DNA of 64,000 nt from Octopus sinensis (taxonomy: Eukaryota): contig NC_042999.1 in assembly GCF_006345805.1 (NCBI RefSeq), positions 17,546,001 through 17,610,000 of the forward strand, in the 5' to 3' direction. Position 1 is the first letter of the stretch, and every line of letters begins with the position of its first letter. The translations under genes and the position numbers were made by a program. Below are positions 1-13,123 of this stretch, one piece after another. The notes below the pieces were generated by a model. It had not been told where the DNA came from and made no database searches. It saw nothing but the letters and a program-made list of their open reading frames with translations.

Positions 1-407
1 CTATCCATAAGGGCCTAAACACAGAGGGGCCAACCACGGACAGACAAACGGATTAAGTCATTTACATCGATCCCAGTGCGTATCTGGTACTTAATTTATC
101 GATCCCGAAAGGATGAAAGGCAAAGTCAACCTCGGCGGAATTTGAACTCAGAACGCAACGGCAGACGAAATACCTATTTATTTACTACCCACAAGGGGCT
201 AAACACAGAGGGGACAAACAAGGACAGACAAACGGATTAAGTCGTTTACATCGACCCCAGTGCGTAACTGGTACTTAATTTATCGACTCCGAAAGGATAA
301 AAGGCAAAGTCAACCTCGGCGGAATTTGAACTCAGAACGTAACGTCAGACGAAATACGGCTACGCATTTCGCCCGGCGTGCTAACGTTTCTGTCAGCTCG
401 CCGCCTT
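1..407 (-). mobile_element. tRNA-derived SINE family A: two tandem copies (one headless, one full)
   Basis: The reverse complement reads AAGGCGGCGAGCTGACAGAAACGTTAGC (A-box-like) ... GAGTTCAAATTCCGCC (B-box) ... GAGGTTGACTTTGCCTTTTATCCTTTCGGAGTCGATAAATTAAGTACCAG ... CCCCTTGTGGGTAGTAAA. The same sequence recurs many times in the window. Confidence 0.9.
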
Positions 408-1593
408 AAAGAAAAACACATTTTAATATAACAAGTATGAAATCACAAGTTAACGCGAAAATATTCTTACCTACAATGATAGGAAAAGTTGAGATGACAT
501 AAGCTATTCCTTTCGATATTTCTAAACTGACATATATGCCTGGACCAAATTCGTTAAAATTGCTAATAACCGTTTGATGTCTTATGAAATAAAATGCTAT
601 TTATTACTATTTGAATTACTCTTAACAATATATAATAAATTTGAAAATAGGATATATTCGACGTGAAATACAATACAATAGCATAAACGTCTCCCTAACA
701 GATGAAGATTAATCTCAACTGATATTAAATTTTATTCCTAGATTGTCATGAAAGTGTATAACCACCGACCGTTGGTAATTATTCCGGATACATACAGTAG
801 ATAACTCATAGTTTAATATTATATTCAATCTTTTAAATATATACTAATCAATTTCGGTTGCATAAATGTCATTCATTATAAATATCAACCATTTATATAT
901 AAACCGCTCCCAGTCGACTTACTAGATATATCGGGCAAATGTCCAGCCCATTATCAACTTCAATGGAAATATAATAGATGTGTACTTGTGAATTCACAGT
1001 TTTTAAAACATATTGCATAAGAGTATTGGCTGGAATGCCTTTGATCGTTTTCTGTTCCATTAGATTTCATATGAGGCTAAACAAGTGCAACAAACAGAAA
1101 CAGTGCAAGGACCGGTCTTATGTGATGTAACTTTTTTTTACTATATACCTTCAATTTAACGGTCAATGAATTCGTACGAAATGCCAATATTTTATGCTAG
1201 ACCAGTATAATGTATTTTTAACATTGGCGATGTCGATCATAGATAATTTTTGTTTTAAAACTGTGTATAAAATACAAATTCAACAAGTAATTATTTTCGT
1301 TTTTATATATTAACAAAATTATATTTGCTGCTTTATTAGGGTTCGAATACAAATGCATGTTCCGGGGTAGCAACTGCGGACATTTTCGCTTTGCAAGCCT
1401 TCCTATATCATAAATATCTTTTGCAGTAAGGAAGCAATGCGTTGGGATCCAAAATAAATAATGGAATATAAGCTAAACTATTACACTTTTCACCTATGTA
1501 TTTGTATATGTGTCAATGGTGTTTATGTTGAGAGAAGATACGTCATTTCCATTTATTACTCGTTGGTGTCTTACAAAGTGAACATGTTTCAAC

Positions 1594-2213
1594 GCGGCGA
1601 GCTGGCAGAAACGTTAGCAAGTCGGGCGAAATGGTTACCAGTATTTCGTCTGCCGTTACGCTCTGAGTTCATGTTCCGCCGAGGTCGACTTTACCATTCA
1701 TCCTCTCGGGATCGATAAATTAAGTACCAGTTGCACACTGAGGTCGATATAATCGACTTAATCCGTTTGTCTGTCCTTGTTTGTCACCCATATGTTTAGC
1801 CCTTGTGGGTAGTAAAGAAATAGAAATAGCTATTTCGTCTGTTGTTACGTTCTGGGTTCAAATTCCGCCGAGGTCGACTTTGCCTTTCATCCTTTCGGGC
1901 TCGATTAAATAAGTACCAGTAATGCACTGGGGTCGATATAATCGACTTAATCCGTTTGTCTCCTCTATGTTTAGTCCCTTGTGGGCAATAAAGAAATAAG
2001 GACCGTTAGTACGCCGGGCGAAATGATTTGTGGTATTTCGTCCGCCGCTGCTTTCTGAGTTCAAAATCCGCCGAGGTTGACATTGCCTTTCATCCCTTCG
2101 GAATTGTTAAATTAAGTACCAGTTACGCACTGAGGTCGATGTAATCGACTTAATTCCTATGTCTTTCCCTGTTTGTCCCCTCTGTTTAGCCTTTTATGGG
2201 CAATAAAGAAATA
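1594..2213 (+). mobile_element. SINE family A: three tandem copies
   Basis: Full copy from 1594 (GCGGCGAGCTGGCAGAAACGTTAGC), then 5'-truncated copies starting near 1830 and 2002, each ending in AAAGAAATA. Confidence 0.9.
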
Positions 2214-2961
2214 CAAGGCGAAGATATGTATCGAATTTGCTGTTTGCCACTTTCACCACAACTACTAACTGATTATTTTTTCCTTTATAGTCAAATACAC
2301 TGCAACTCCATGACGACCGTAGAGCCCTGCAATTGAAATAATTACGATCTGCTTAATGTCGATCATATGATTGATTGATTGATTCCAGTTTCAGCTCATG
2401 AGCTGTGGCCATGCTGGGGCACCGCCATATATCAGCTTACTTGGAAGGTTTTATAAAAAACACCTTCAGAAAGACTAATAACTTATGCCGCGATGTTTGA
2501 ATGTTTCATAAACGTCTCTCAAGTTGGCAGCAAGCAGGCAGAATCGTAAGCCCACCGGATAAATTGCTTAACGGTAAATTTTCCGGCAATACTTGCTTCT
2601 TGCTTTCTTTGTGCTCTTGCATGATGAGACTAGAATCATCCTAGGGTAGTGGTCTCACAAACATCATCATTCGTAGAACCAACCAGGTCCACACTTCTCT
2701 CCATCACCGAGTCGAATTTGACTTTCGTCAATTCAGGGCCTATAAAAGAAATACGAGTTAAGCACTGCGATCGATATAATCGACTAGCCTCTTCTCCAAA
2801 ACCTCAGACGTTGACCTACATTCGAACCGATTAATATCTATCGACTTTCATTTTCTTGCTCTTCGCTTCAGTTTGACTCAACTCTCTTCAAATTTCTTGG
2901 CGTCATTAAATGTATTATTTATACACATTTTTTCAGTTACATTTACCTTTCGCATAAAAAC

Positions 2962-3205
2962 GAGGCACGTGGCTTAGTGGTTAGAGTGTTGGAGTCATGA
3001 TCGTAAGATTGCAGTTTCGATTCCTGGAACGGGCGACGTGTTGTGTTCTTGAGCAAAACACTTCATTTCGCGTTGTTCCAGTCTACTCAGCTGGCACAAA
3101 TGTGTAGTCGTGCGATGGGCTAGCATCCAGTCCATGGGGAAATATATACGCCATGGAAACCGCGAAACAAGTTCTATGAGTCTATATGACAAAGGAAAGA
3201 AATTT
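2962..3205 (+). mobile_element. tRNA-derived SINE (family D, CORE-like body)
   Basis: TGGCTTAGTGG (A-box), GTTTCGATTCC (B-box), then GTGTTCTTGAGCAAAACACTT, which resembles the CORE-SINE domain. Confidence 0.7.
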
Positions 3206-3412
3206 ACTACGATAATGACTTCTGTGGTGTAGGGTCAGACATACGGCAGTCTATTGCTGAGATTATGGGATTTTAAGAATAAAGTTCACCGTCGGAATAA
3301 AAGAAATGATCAACTTCCGCTTCAAATGTTTAAATAAACGGCTGTATACCCGGCACACTCTTGACTTTAGGGCATACTATCGCACGACTCCAAGTATTTC
3401 TGACTTGTAAAT

Positions 3413-3413
3413 A

Positions 3414-3492
<79 letters not shown>

Positions 3493-3529
3493 ATATATAT
3501 ATATCTGTCTATCTGTCTGTCTGTCTGTC

Positions 3530-3565
<36 letters not shown>

Positions 3566-3600
3566 CCTATCTATCTCTCCGTTTGTCTGTCTGTCTACAC
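3413..3600. repeat. (ATCT)n/(GTCT)n microsatellite
   Basis: Directly visible tetranucleotide array. Confidence 0.95.
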
Positions 3601-3689
3601 ATATATGCACACGTAGACAGACAAGCGCATATACACTAATATGCACAATCACACACAGACACGTGCGTGCGCACACACTTGTTTATAAA

Positions 3690-4003
3690 GAGAGGATGAA
3701 GGCTTCTCTGCTGACGAGGCACGCCAGTTGTAAATAAATTTAAATTGATTTAATTAATTTGTTTACTAAAGTTTGCCGAAACTATGCATAGTCCAGAGCT
3801 GAAAGGGTAAACGTTTTTATTTCTCTTTCAATTTCAGAATTACAACTATTAGCGGTTTGAGTTTGACTGCTCTTTCTAGTGAGTCGAATGTCCTATTATG
3901 GCCATTCCTTATATTTTTGAATGTATATTAGGTAGTCTTTGACTATCTTTCCTTTCTCACTGGACCGCTGGTAGCGGAGAATTTTTTGCTCCCCTTATAT
4001 TTA

Positions 4004-4007
<4 letters not shown>
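3690..4007 (+). mobile_element. Short PLE terminal repeat (pLTR-like module) carrying the HHR, 3' end at (TA)n
   Basis: 3805-4007 is closely homologous to the 8953-9277 fold-back element; it contains an HHR and abuts a (TA)n tract. Confidence 0.65.
3706..3798 (+). ncRNA. Type I hammerhead ribozyme, intact core
   Basis: Stem I CTCTG(3706-10)/CAGAG(3794-98); core CTGACGA (3711-17); stem II GGCA/TGCC with a long AT-rich loop; GAAA (3778-81); palindromic stem III CTATGCATAG; GUC cleavage site after 3793. Confidence 0.85.
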
Positions 4008-4360
<353 letters not shown>

Positions 4361-5011
4361 ATATTTGATAATGTGTAAAGTAAATCTTTCTTAAACGAAA
4401 AATTAGCCAAAATTTCTCTGTGACAGAATTTGCATGAAAAATATATGGTAATATCAGCTCTGAAGAACAATGTTCCGTACCAGCATATATTGACCAATTC
4501 TAAAGACATTGTTAGCGATTAGAAAGTCTCATTAGCGTACACTTATATTTACCGGAATGAGTGAAGCCAACCTTTCCGCGATTAAAGTTGAAATATCTGT
4601 CAACACATCCTGGGTTGTCACTGTGGTGAGACTTGCATTCTGTTGTATTGCACATATGGTGTTATATTCTCAATTTTAATTTCTCTACTTGAATTATACT
4701 TGTCTTCATCGCTCTTCATCATTACGCTAATGGGCTTTAATAATTCATGTGATACAACATTAGTAGTTAAACGGATGTTGAATCATTGTCACAGTTCTAT
4801 TAACGCATACTTATCATATGCTTATCTATAGCCTTTTTTAAATTAAAATACCAGTCAGTGCTTGCTCTGCAGCAGTGTATATATTTTGGTAAGGAATTAT
4901 TGCCTGTTCTGTAATGGAACCGATATCTGTTCCATGGCGAAAGTAAATTAATCAGAAGTAAGTCCAGAGTTACCATTGCTTTATTTCTACTAATATTTTA
5001 TCTAAACAAAG

Positions 5012-5210
5012 TAGATGAGCTGGCAGAATTGTTAGCATGAAGGGCAAAATTCCTGGCAGCATTTTGTCCATTTCTAGGTTCAAATTCCGCCGAGCTCGAC
5101 CTGGCCTTTTATGTTTTCGGAGAGGAAATAATATGTACCATGGACCATTGGGGTACATACAATTGGCTTATCTCCGACTCCAAAATTTCTGGCTCTGTAC
5201 CAAACTTTCA
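5012..5210 (+). mobile_element. Diverged SINE family A variant
   Basis: GAGCTGGCAGAATTGTTAGC ... GGTTCAAATTCCGCCGAGCTCGACC. Confidence 0.7.
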
Positions 5211-6139
5211 GTCCAGTATTTTATCTAACTCACCCGCCACCGAAATACCTACATCCTATTTTAATTAATTTTGAGTTAATTTAAGAATCGGAGTTGTTTC
5301 CGTTACGTTTTCTCAAAGGAATTGGCTCACTACAATAAATATTAGCTACGCTCACTATGGTTAGAACTTATATCGGGTTATGCTTCTTAGGATAATTACC
5401 ATAACAATATTAGTATCGGATTTACTCTTCAGCACTAGTTATAAAGCAGGTTTAGCTGTTACGTTTTGTGGATAGAAATGTCGATCTAGTATATCGTACT
5501 TTCTTATCGATTGTAACCTTGTCGACAATTATTCTTTCTCACTCAGTCCATTTCTAATTTCATTAATACTCAGAATTCACTTTGGCGAGTCGACTTAGTA
5601 ATAAATCTTCCATAAGAAATTTAGGTAACAGACTTTAGCTCATGCGACTGTAGGCGTTGTATATAAGATTGTATTTTGAAACATGGTCGAAAAACATTAA
5701 CTCAGAAAACCAGCCAGAAACTTACAATGTTTTAAGTTAAAAAGGAAATAAAAATCATTGATTCATGGCTTAAAATTTCAAACAAAATACTTTAATACAT
5801 GTGAGATGTTTATTTTTATTGCCATACACATTTGATGTTGCAACTCGGTCCGAAACCCTTTCCCTCTCCAGGTTATCTTTTACATTGCGTTTATAATGTA
5901 ATAGAAAGTTGTGAGGAAAGCTAACCAAAGATCTTTGATGTTCTATAATATTCCGCATATAAAACGTGTCTTTATAGAATAATGTCCATAATACATGTTT
6001 CTTTTGAAAGTGATATTCGTGCATATTTATACTACATACTACATAACGCCAGTGTTCATTCACACTGATTAATTCTCAGAGAATTATAGCAACATTTTCT
6101 TAATAGTATAAATGTATATGTATGAAAATAGACGCAGAC

Positions 6140-6187
6140 ACTCACACACACATATATATATATGATCATACGTACATATACATATAT

Positions 6188-6262
<75 letters not shown>

Positions 6263-6291
6263 ATATATGTATGTATGTATATGTATGTATG

Positions 6292-6338
<47 letters not shown>

Positions 6339-6646
6339 TATATATATGTATGTATGTATATGTATGTATGATCATATATATATATATATGCACACACACA
6401 CATATATATATATATAAACGTATATTATATAATATACTTATATGTATATATATATATATATAAGTGTGTGTGTTTAGCTATATAAACATATATATATATA
6501 TAATATATATGATATAGAGTATATATTTATACGTAGATATGCACATACATACGTCGTATATATGTGCTTATGTAAATGCGTATATGAGTATCTGATATAT
6601 ATGTATATAAATGTATGCATGCATACACACAGACACACACACATAA

Positions 6647-6678
<32 letters not shown>

Positions 6679-6680
6679 GG
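6140..6680. repeat. (TA)n/(TATG)n/(CA)n compound microsatellite
   Basis: Directly visible. Confidence 0.95.
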
Positions 6681-7370
6681 TTATTCTTATAATAATCTCA
6701 AGTCAACTTATGGCACCATAATTTTTATAGCTTTTGTGATATACAAATATTACTTATAATATTCAATATAAAAGTTATTATTTCCCCCATATCTATTATA
6801 TTCAGTGTATATATAAAAAATAATAGTGCACCCTGTCAAAATCTTTTGGAATTGAAATTTCAAAATTATGTTTTTGTATATCTTTTGAAAATTAAATTGT
6901 CAATCATCCGCTGTTGAAATCTTTCTTTCATATAACTATAAGTTTTTTCTCCCTATTCTTTAGTCATACAAATTTAACCCATTATAAAAATATTATTTCG
7001 TGTGTGTAAGGTATTCTGTTGCTATCGTCCAAGCAATTACGTTGCAAATATATCTTTGAATTCTCTCCATTTATTGCATCATGTTGCTGATGGGAGAATT
7101 GAGATGAAAATTGTGAGAAAGTTGGCCGTTGTGGTCAAACACCTTCACAATCGTACACAATCGCCTACTTGTATACGTTCAAGTATTCGTTCATACACAC
7201 ATATATACGCACCGGTTTTCATACATACATTTTTGAATGTTTAAATGCTTATAATTTTTTTAAATTTAAATACGCAAGTAATTGTGTATATAAAAACTCT
7301 GACTTCTTCATTGTTCATTATTTACATTATTTACATTTGACGGATATTTGTCCTCATCTTGTTTGTTGTT

Positions 7371-7416
7371 AACACAACGTTTCGCCTGATATACTCTCCA
7401 GCCTTCATCAGGTGTC
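7371..7416 (-). ncRNA. Minimal type I hammerhead ribozyme (PLE-type), one stem II mismatch
   Basis: Minus strand: GACAC-CTGATGA-A-GGCTG(gagagtatat)CAGGC-GAAA-CG-TT-GTGTT. Stem I GACAC/GTGTT; 2-nt palindromic stem III (CG). Confidence 0.7.
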
Positions 7417-7463
7417 TTGGGGAAATTTCGAACCTGGGTTCTCATTCCTAAAGTATTTTTCGT

Positions 7464-7651
<188 letters not shown>

Positions 7652-7954
7652 GATTATTTTTATCATCATCACTGCCTGGAATCGAACTCGTAGTCCTAGG
7701 GTTAGTAGATCACGTTCTTAACCACTATGCCATATGTTCATTGTTTCTTAGAACTTCTCGACGCACAGAATTTGAAATTATTGGCTGTCCATAGTTTGAG
7801 TTCGTTATTGATTGGCCAATTCTAACATTTATAGCCTATAAACTTTCTTTTTATAATTAAAATATTTTATGCAGAATTTTAATTTTCTTCTGCGCATCAG
7901 TTTCTGATGAGTTCCTCTATTTTGAAATAAAAATGTTAAAACACACATTATTTT

Positions 7955-8382
7955 GTAGGGTAATTGCACCTGAGCTGCAGATCGCCCAACAAATATGGTG
8001 GAAGCACTCCCTCGGTAACGACGATGAGGGTTTCGGTTGATCCGTATCAACGGAACAGCCTGCTCATGAAATTAACGTGTAAGTGGCTGAGCACTCCACA
8101 GATACGTGCACCCTTAACGTGGTTCTCTGGGAGATATTCAGCGTGACACAGAGTGACAAGGCCGGCCCCTTGAAATACAGGTACAACAAAAACAGGAAGT
8201 AAGAGTGAGAGAAAGTTGTGATGAAATTGTACAGCAGGGATCACCACCATCCCCTGCCGGGGCCTCGTGGAGCTTTTAGGTGTTTTCGCTCAATAAACAC
8301 TCACAACGCCCGGTCTGGGAATCGAAACCGCTATCCTATGACCACGAGTCCGCTGCCCTAACCACTGGGCCATTGCGCCTCC
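7955..8382 (-). mobile_element. tRNA-derived SINE family C, long form
   Basis: The reverse complement starts GGAGGCGCAATGGCCCAGTGGTTAGGGCAGCGGACTC ... GGTTTCGATTCCCAG (A and B boxes). Homologous heads occur near 35108 and 39864. Confidence 0.85.
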
Positions 8383-8513
8383 TCCAACAAATATATAACT
8401 ACAAAGAAGCAGCGCTTTATTTCTTACCTCATGACCAAATGTTTGTATATTCGTGTTAGTAGATTATATTCTCCATAGCAATATTCCACTTCTTGTGAGC
8501 AACACCAATAATA

Positions 8514-9357
8514 CAGTGATCCCTCGTTTATCGCAGTAGATTGGTTCCGAGACCGGCCGCGATAACTGAATTTCCGCGAAGTAGGGACACCAAATTTACA
8601 GTATTTATTTAACGTGTATTTGGACTTTTAAAGCTCTCCCTGTACTGTTAAAAGCCCACCCATTACATTAGTCTATTATTAACAAGGACAACTGTTAAGC
8701 AATAACACTTTAGATTATAATAAATAAAGATTGTTACTATTACACAGGCCAGATTACAAAATAGAAAGCTGAGATTCGTCGTCTATCTCCATTGCCTCAA
8801 TCACAGCCCGTCTTAAGTTCAAATACCCCTGTATATGCTAATTGCTATTTTACGCTTGTTTTGTTGTTCCTAGACTAGGATATAATATTTATTATTAATA
8901 TTTTAATTGATTTAATGAAAAATTTTAGGCGTTCATATATATATATATATATATTCAACAATATAAGGAATGGCCATAATAGGTCATTCGACTCACTAGA
9001 AAGAGCAGCCAAATTCAAACCGCTAATAGTTGTAATTCTGAAACTGAAAGAGAAATAAAGACGTTTACCCCTTTTATTTCTCTTTCGGTTTCAGAATTAC
9101 AACTATTAGCGGTTTGAGTTTGGCTACTCTTTCGAGTGAGTCGAATGTCCTATTATGGCCATTCCTTATATTGTTGAATGTATTTTATATAGTCTTTGAC
9201 TATCTTTTCTTTCTCGCTGGACCGCTGGTAGCGGAGAATTTTTTCTAGAATTTTTTGCTACCCTTATATTTATTAATTATATATATATATATATATTTAA
9301 AATCCGCGAAGTCGTGAATCCTTGATAGTTGAACCGCGAAGTAGCGAGGGATAACTG
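8514..9357. mobile_element. Tigger/pogo-like MITE (Tc1/mariner superfamily) with a nested PLE fragment
   Basis: TA-CAGTGATCCCTCG ... CGAGGGATAACTG-TA: terminal inverted repeats with a TA target duplication; no coding capacity. Confidence 0.8.
8953..9277 (+). mobile_element. Fold-back PLE end (main copy 9071-9277 plus inverted copy 8953-9070)
   Basis: 8953-9060 is the reverse complement of 9071-9179; homologous to 3805-4007; (TA)n on both sides. Confidence 0.8.
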
Positions 9358-9670
9358 TATATCCTTCTCCAACGAGTAATCTTTATATTTCTGAATAGCT
9401 GACTAGCATATTTCAAGCATTTACTTTAAAAACCAAACACTCATTATATATATTAATTCAGTTGTTCTGGTGTACGGCTCGTCATTTCTCAGAAAAAGAT
9501 GTCATCTTCTCATCCAAGCCATCCATCGCTCAACAATTCGAATAATTCGATTCTCAGCCTTAAGCATATTCTCTACTTTCAAGAGAAAAAATATATACTT
9601 GATGACAAACGATAATTATAGACTTACAACTTTTGATAGCTCAAAGAATAATATGTGGAGAGGACTTATA

Positions 9671-10771
9671 CGTGGTTGTATAAAAAAGAATCGGACTGGT
9701 TCTGCAATGCACCAACAGATGGCAGTGTGCTGAGTAACTTAGCAGTGTTTACTTTATGAGGCATCGAGGGACGTCGACGTGTTTACTTCGAAAATTGTGA
9801 AATTCGTTTCTTTGTGATCAAGTGTATGCTGTAGCCCGCGATTTTGTCATGGGCAGGAAGTTGGAACGAACAGCCAACTTCAAATGTTGCGTTAACTTGC
9901 GAAGTCTGCTAGAAAGACATTGAGCATTCTTGGCAAGCTTACGGCGATGAGGCAATGGTTCGTACACAATGTCCCGAGCAGCACGGGCGCTTGAAAAGCA
10001 GAAGAACGTCCCTGGAAGGCGATGAACGATATGGAAGAACTGCTACGAGCGTCACCCTCTGAAATGTGGCATTAAGCATCGAGCTGGCAGAACCGCTAGC
10101 ACACCAGGCGAAATGCGTACCCGTATTTCCTCTGTCGTTACGTTCCGAGTTCAAATTCCGCCGAGGTCGACTTTGCCTTTCATCCTTTCAGGGTCGATAA
10201 ATTAAGTACCAGTTACGCACTGGGGGTCAATGTAATCGACTTAATCCCTTTGTCTGTCTTTGTTTGTTCCCCCTGTGTTTAGCCCCTTGTGGGTAGTATA
10301 GAAATAGGTATTAGGCATCGAGAATTCGTCCCTCGGGGACAGACCTTCGATTGAGAGTTCTACTGCGATGTTTTGAAGAGTCTGGAGGAGATGATTCGGA
10401 TCTGTGAAGTGCGAAGAATTAGAGTTTTCACCGACCTCTTCTCACCTGTGGGGTTTCTCGCAATATACTACATTGTCTCTCTTTCGCACCTACCTTATTC
10501 TTGAGATTTAACACCTACGAACTTGCATCTCTTCGCGAAGATGCATATTCAGCTCAGAGGTTGTCGTTTAATGCCATTGTCAGGATCCAGACCGAATCGC
10601 AAAAGTTCCTCGACTCGCTTACGGAAAAAGACGACCAAGCCGTATTCCAAAAGGGGAAGAAACACTGTGACCCGTGTATCAGTATTTCGAAGGAGATGGT
10701 GTTAAAACATAACTAAATAAGTTATATTTTGTTAAACATAAATAGTTCAAGAATATTTTGATACCACCTCG
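9671..10771 (+). mobile_element. Internally deleted, decayed mariner transposon
   Basis: TIRs TA-CGTGGTTGTATAAAAAAG ... TTTTGATACCACCTCG-TA. Frameshifted remnants resemble a mariner N-terminus (MGRKLE..QAYGDEAM..ER.GR), HREFVPRGQT, and C-terminal LRGCRF..ESQKFLDSLT..CIS. Confidence 0.8.
10080..10309 (+). mobile_element. SINE family A inserted in the mariner, 13-bp TSD
   Basis: Full SINE body flanked by ATTAAGCATCGAG (10071-83) and ATTAGGCATCGAG (10310-22). Confidence 0.9.
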
Positions 10772-12649
10772 TACTTTCAAACAGAAACGGTTCTTGCAGC
10801 GAAAGGGAGTTTATAATCCTCCATTAAGATATACTTTCGTTACTATTGATTCAAATCTGAGCAAGGATTAAACATTTAACGTATTCAGTGTAATAAGGCG
10901 TTGAAACTTATGTGCGCTTCTATAAATAAACAATCAGTTATGCTTATCGTAAGGATTGTATTTTGACTACATAGTTTTATGAATTTGAAATTACGCCAAA
11001 GATGCCTGTGGAAGTTTTGCTCTTCCATTGACTACAACTCATAACGTACTTGAATGCACACCACCTTAAATGCCCTGCTGTGTATTCATAATAGTCCAAG
11101 CCGATTACATAAACATAATTACAACGTTGTATGCAAATCTTTCAATACAAAACACTTATCAGATAAGCAACACTTATCAGAGCAAATTGCTATCTCAGTC
11201 AACACCATACCTATATTATATTATCTAGGTGTAAGATAAATATTTAATTAGATCTTATACGTTACTAATCTGCAAATTACAGCCATCAAAACAAATATAT
11301 ATATATAAAACTAATTACTATAATATTAGGCCCAAAATACTATCTATTAAATGAAAATAAAACATACTATGTATGTATATAATATAATGTATATCATATA
11401 TTGAATAGCGGATATTACCCTAATTTAAAAATCCGTTATAGTCTGCCAGTTAAAACCACAAGTTCAAATGTGGCAAATGTGTGTTCGCAATATTTCTTCT
11501 TTCTGCTAAAGGTCATGCTTTGTGGTTAATTACACTTCAAATTTGTAAACCTGAGAATATAATTACGAAGTCGTTATCGGGTAAAATTCACGTGACGTTC
11601 TTATAATCGGTTTATTCCTTGTTTTGATTCGTGTTTGTTTCGGAACTTTGTTGCGTATATTTTTTGTAAATATTCTTTTATTTTTATATTTTAGTTGTAC
11701 GCTTAAACACAAATAATGTGCAATTTTTCTTTTACACATTTGTATATGTTGATTTTAATTTTTTTTATGTGTTTTAGATTAAGACAATTAACTGAAGACT
11801 CTCAATGATTATAGAAGTTGCTATGCAGGCAAATGTTACACAGAAACACAATCTTTCAATTTAGAAGATAAAATGCACAGAAACAGAGAACTAAAGGAAT
11901 GTCAATAAGTGATAAAAAAAAAACGTTCGCAACAAGAAAAATTACTAACCGACACTAAATTTGGTATTCTATGAAAAAGGAAATATTTTTTTACCGTTAG
12001 CAACACATAAAAGTCTTATTATGTTCTTTATTTAGGAAATATATTGATGATATAATTGCATCAAATATGAAAAAGTTACTTGATTCAGTAACCGTATTAT
12101 CATATGTACTGAGTACCGTTCATATGAAAGATGCTTTTACAGTTTCTTCAAAATCATAAGTTGAAAAAGAAACGGATTGAGGCAATATAATATAATAAAT
12201 TGACAATACTTTCACAATTTAACTTTAATGAATTAAAGTGGAATTTTAATGTGTTAAGCAATAAAAATCAATTATGTTAATTCCTTTTATATTTTTGTAA
12301 AACTTCAACAAAATATATAACGATTATCAGGTTTGAATCTTAATAATTTTTGTTTCCCTTTACTCAAATCAGTCTATTAAGGTTGGTAATATGAAAAGAT
12401 AAGGAGTAGTTTGCGTGATACAATTTCCTATTTTAAAATAATTCTGAGTGTTTCCATTTCCTTTTAACTTTTTATTGTTAAACATCAATTTTATAATTGT
12501 TTTTCTTGTTATATTATTCCTTTACATTTGTCTCCGAAATTAATAATGACGTGAAAATGTAGTTAAAACATTAGAAAATACTATGTAACGATCATGGTTA
12601 AGTAAGGATCACGATTGTAGTTACTATTATAAGTCAATGAAATTGGAAA

Positions 12650-12970
12650 ATAGGAAGAATGAAAGACAAAATCGACCTCGGCAGAGTTTGAACTCAAAAC
12701 GTAGTGACGGACGAAACAGCTCCAAGCATTTTGCACGGCGTGCTAACGGTTACACTAGCTCACCGTTGTATTATTGATGATAGTAATGGTTTTGAATTTT
12801 GGCACACAAGGCCAGAAATTTGGGGAGAAGGAATAAATCAATTATATCGACCCCAGTGCGCCACTAGTAATTATTTTATCGATCCCCAAAGGCGAAATTG
12901 AACTGAATTGAATATGAACTCAGAATGTAATGGCGGACAAATTGTATGAAGCATTTTGCCAGCTCACCGC
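12650..12970 (-). mobile_element. SINE family A fragments (diverged, tandem)
   Basis: TCGACCTCGGCAGAGTTTGAACTC..., ATCGACCCCAGTGCG..., GCCAGCTCACCGC. Confidence 0.7.
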
Positions 12971-12971
12971 G

Positions 12972-13031
12972 TTACTACAATTACTACTGTTACTACTACT
13001 GCTGCAACTACTACAACAACAACAACAACAA

Positions 13032-13065
<34 letters not shown>

Positions 13066-13066
13066 G

Positions 13067-13110
<44 letters not shown>

Positions 13111-13123
13111 GCTACTACTACAT
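12972..13123. repeat. (TAC)n/(CAA)n trinucleotide array
   Basis: Directly visible. Confidence 0.95.

Noticed and set aside
7900-7945. CTGATGA followed by GAAA
   Set aside because: No stem II or stem III pairing and no UH site with a matching stem I.
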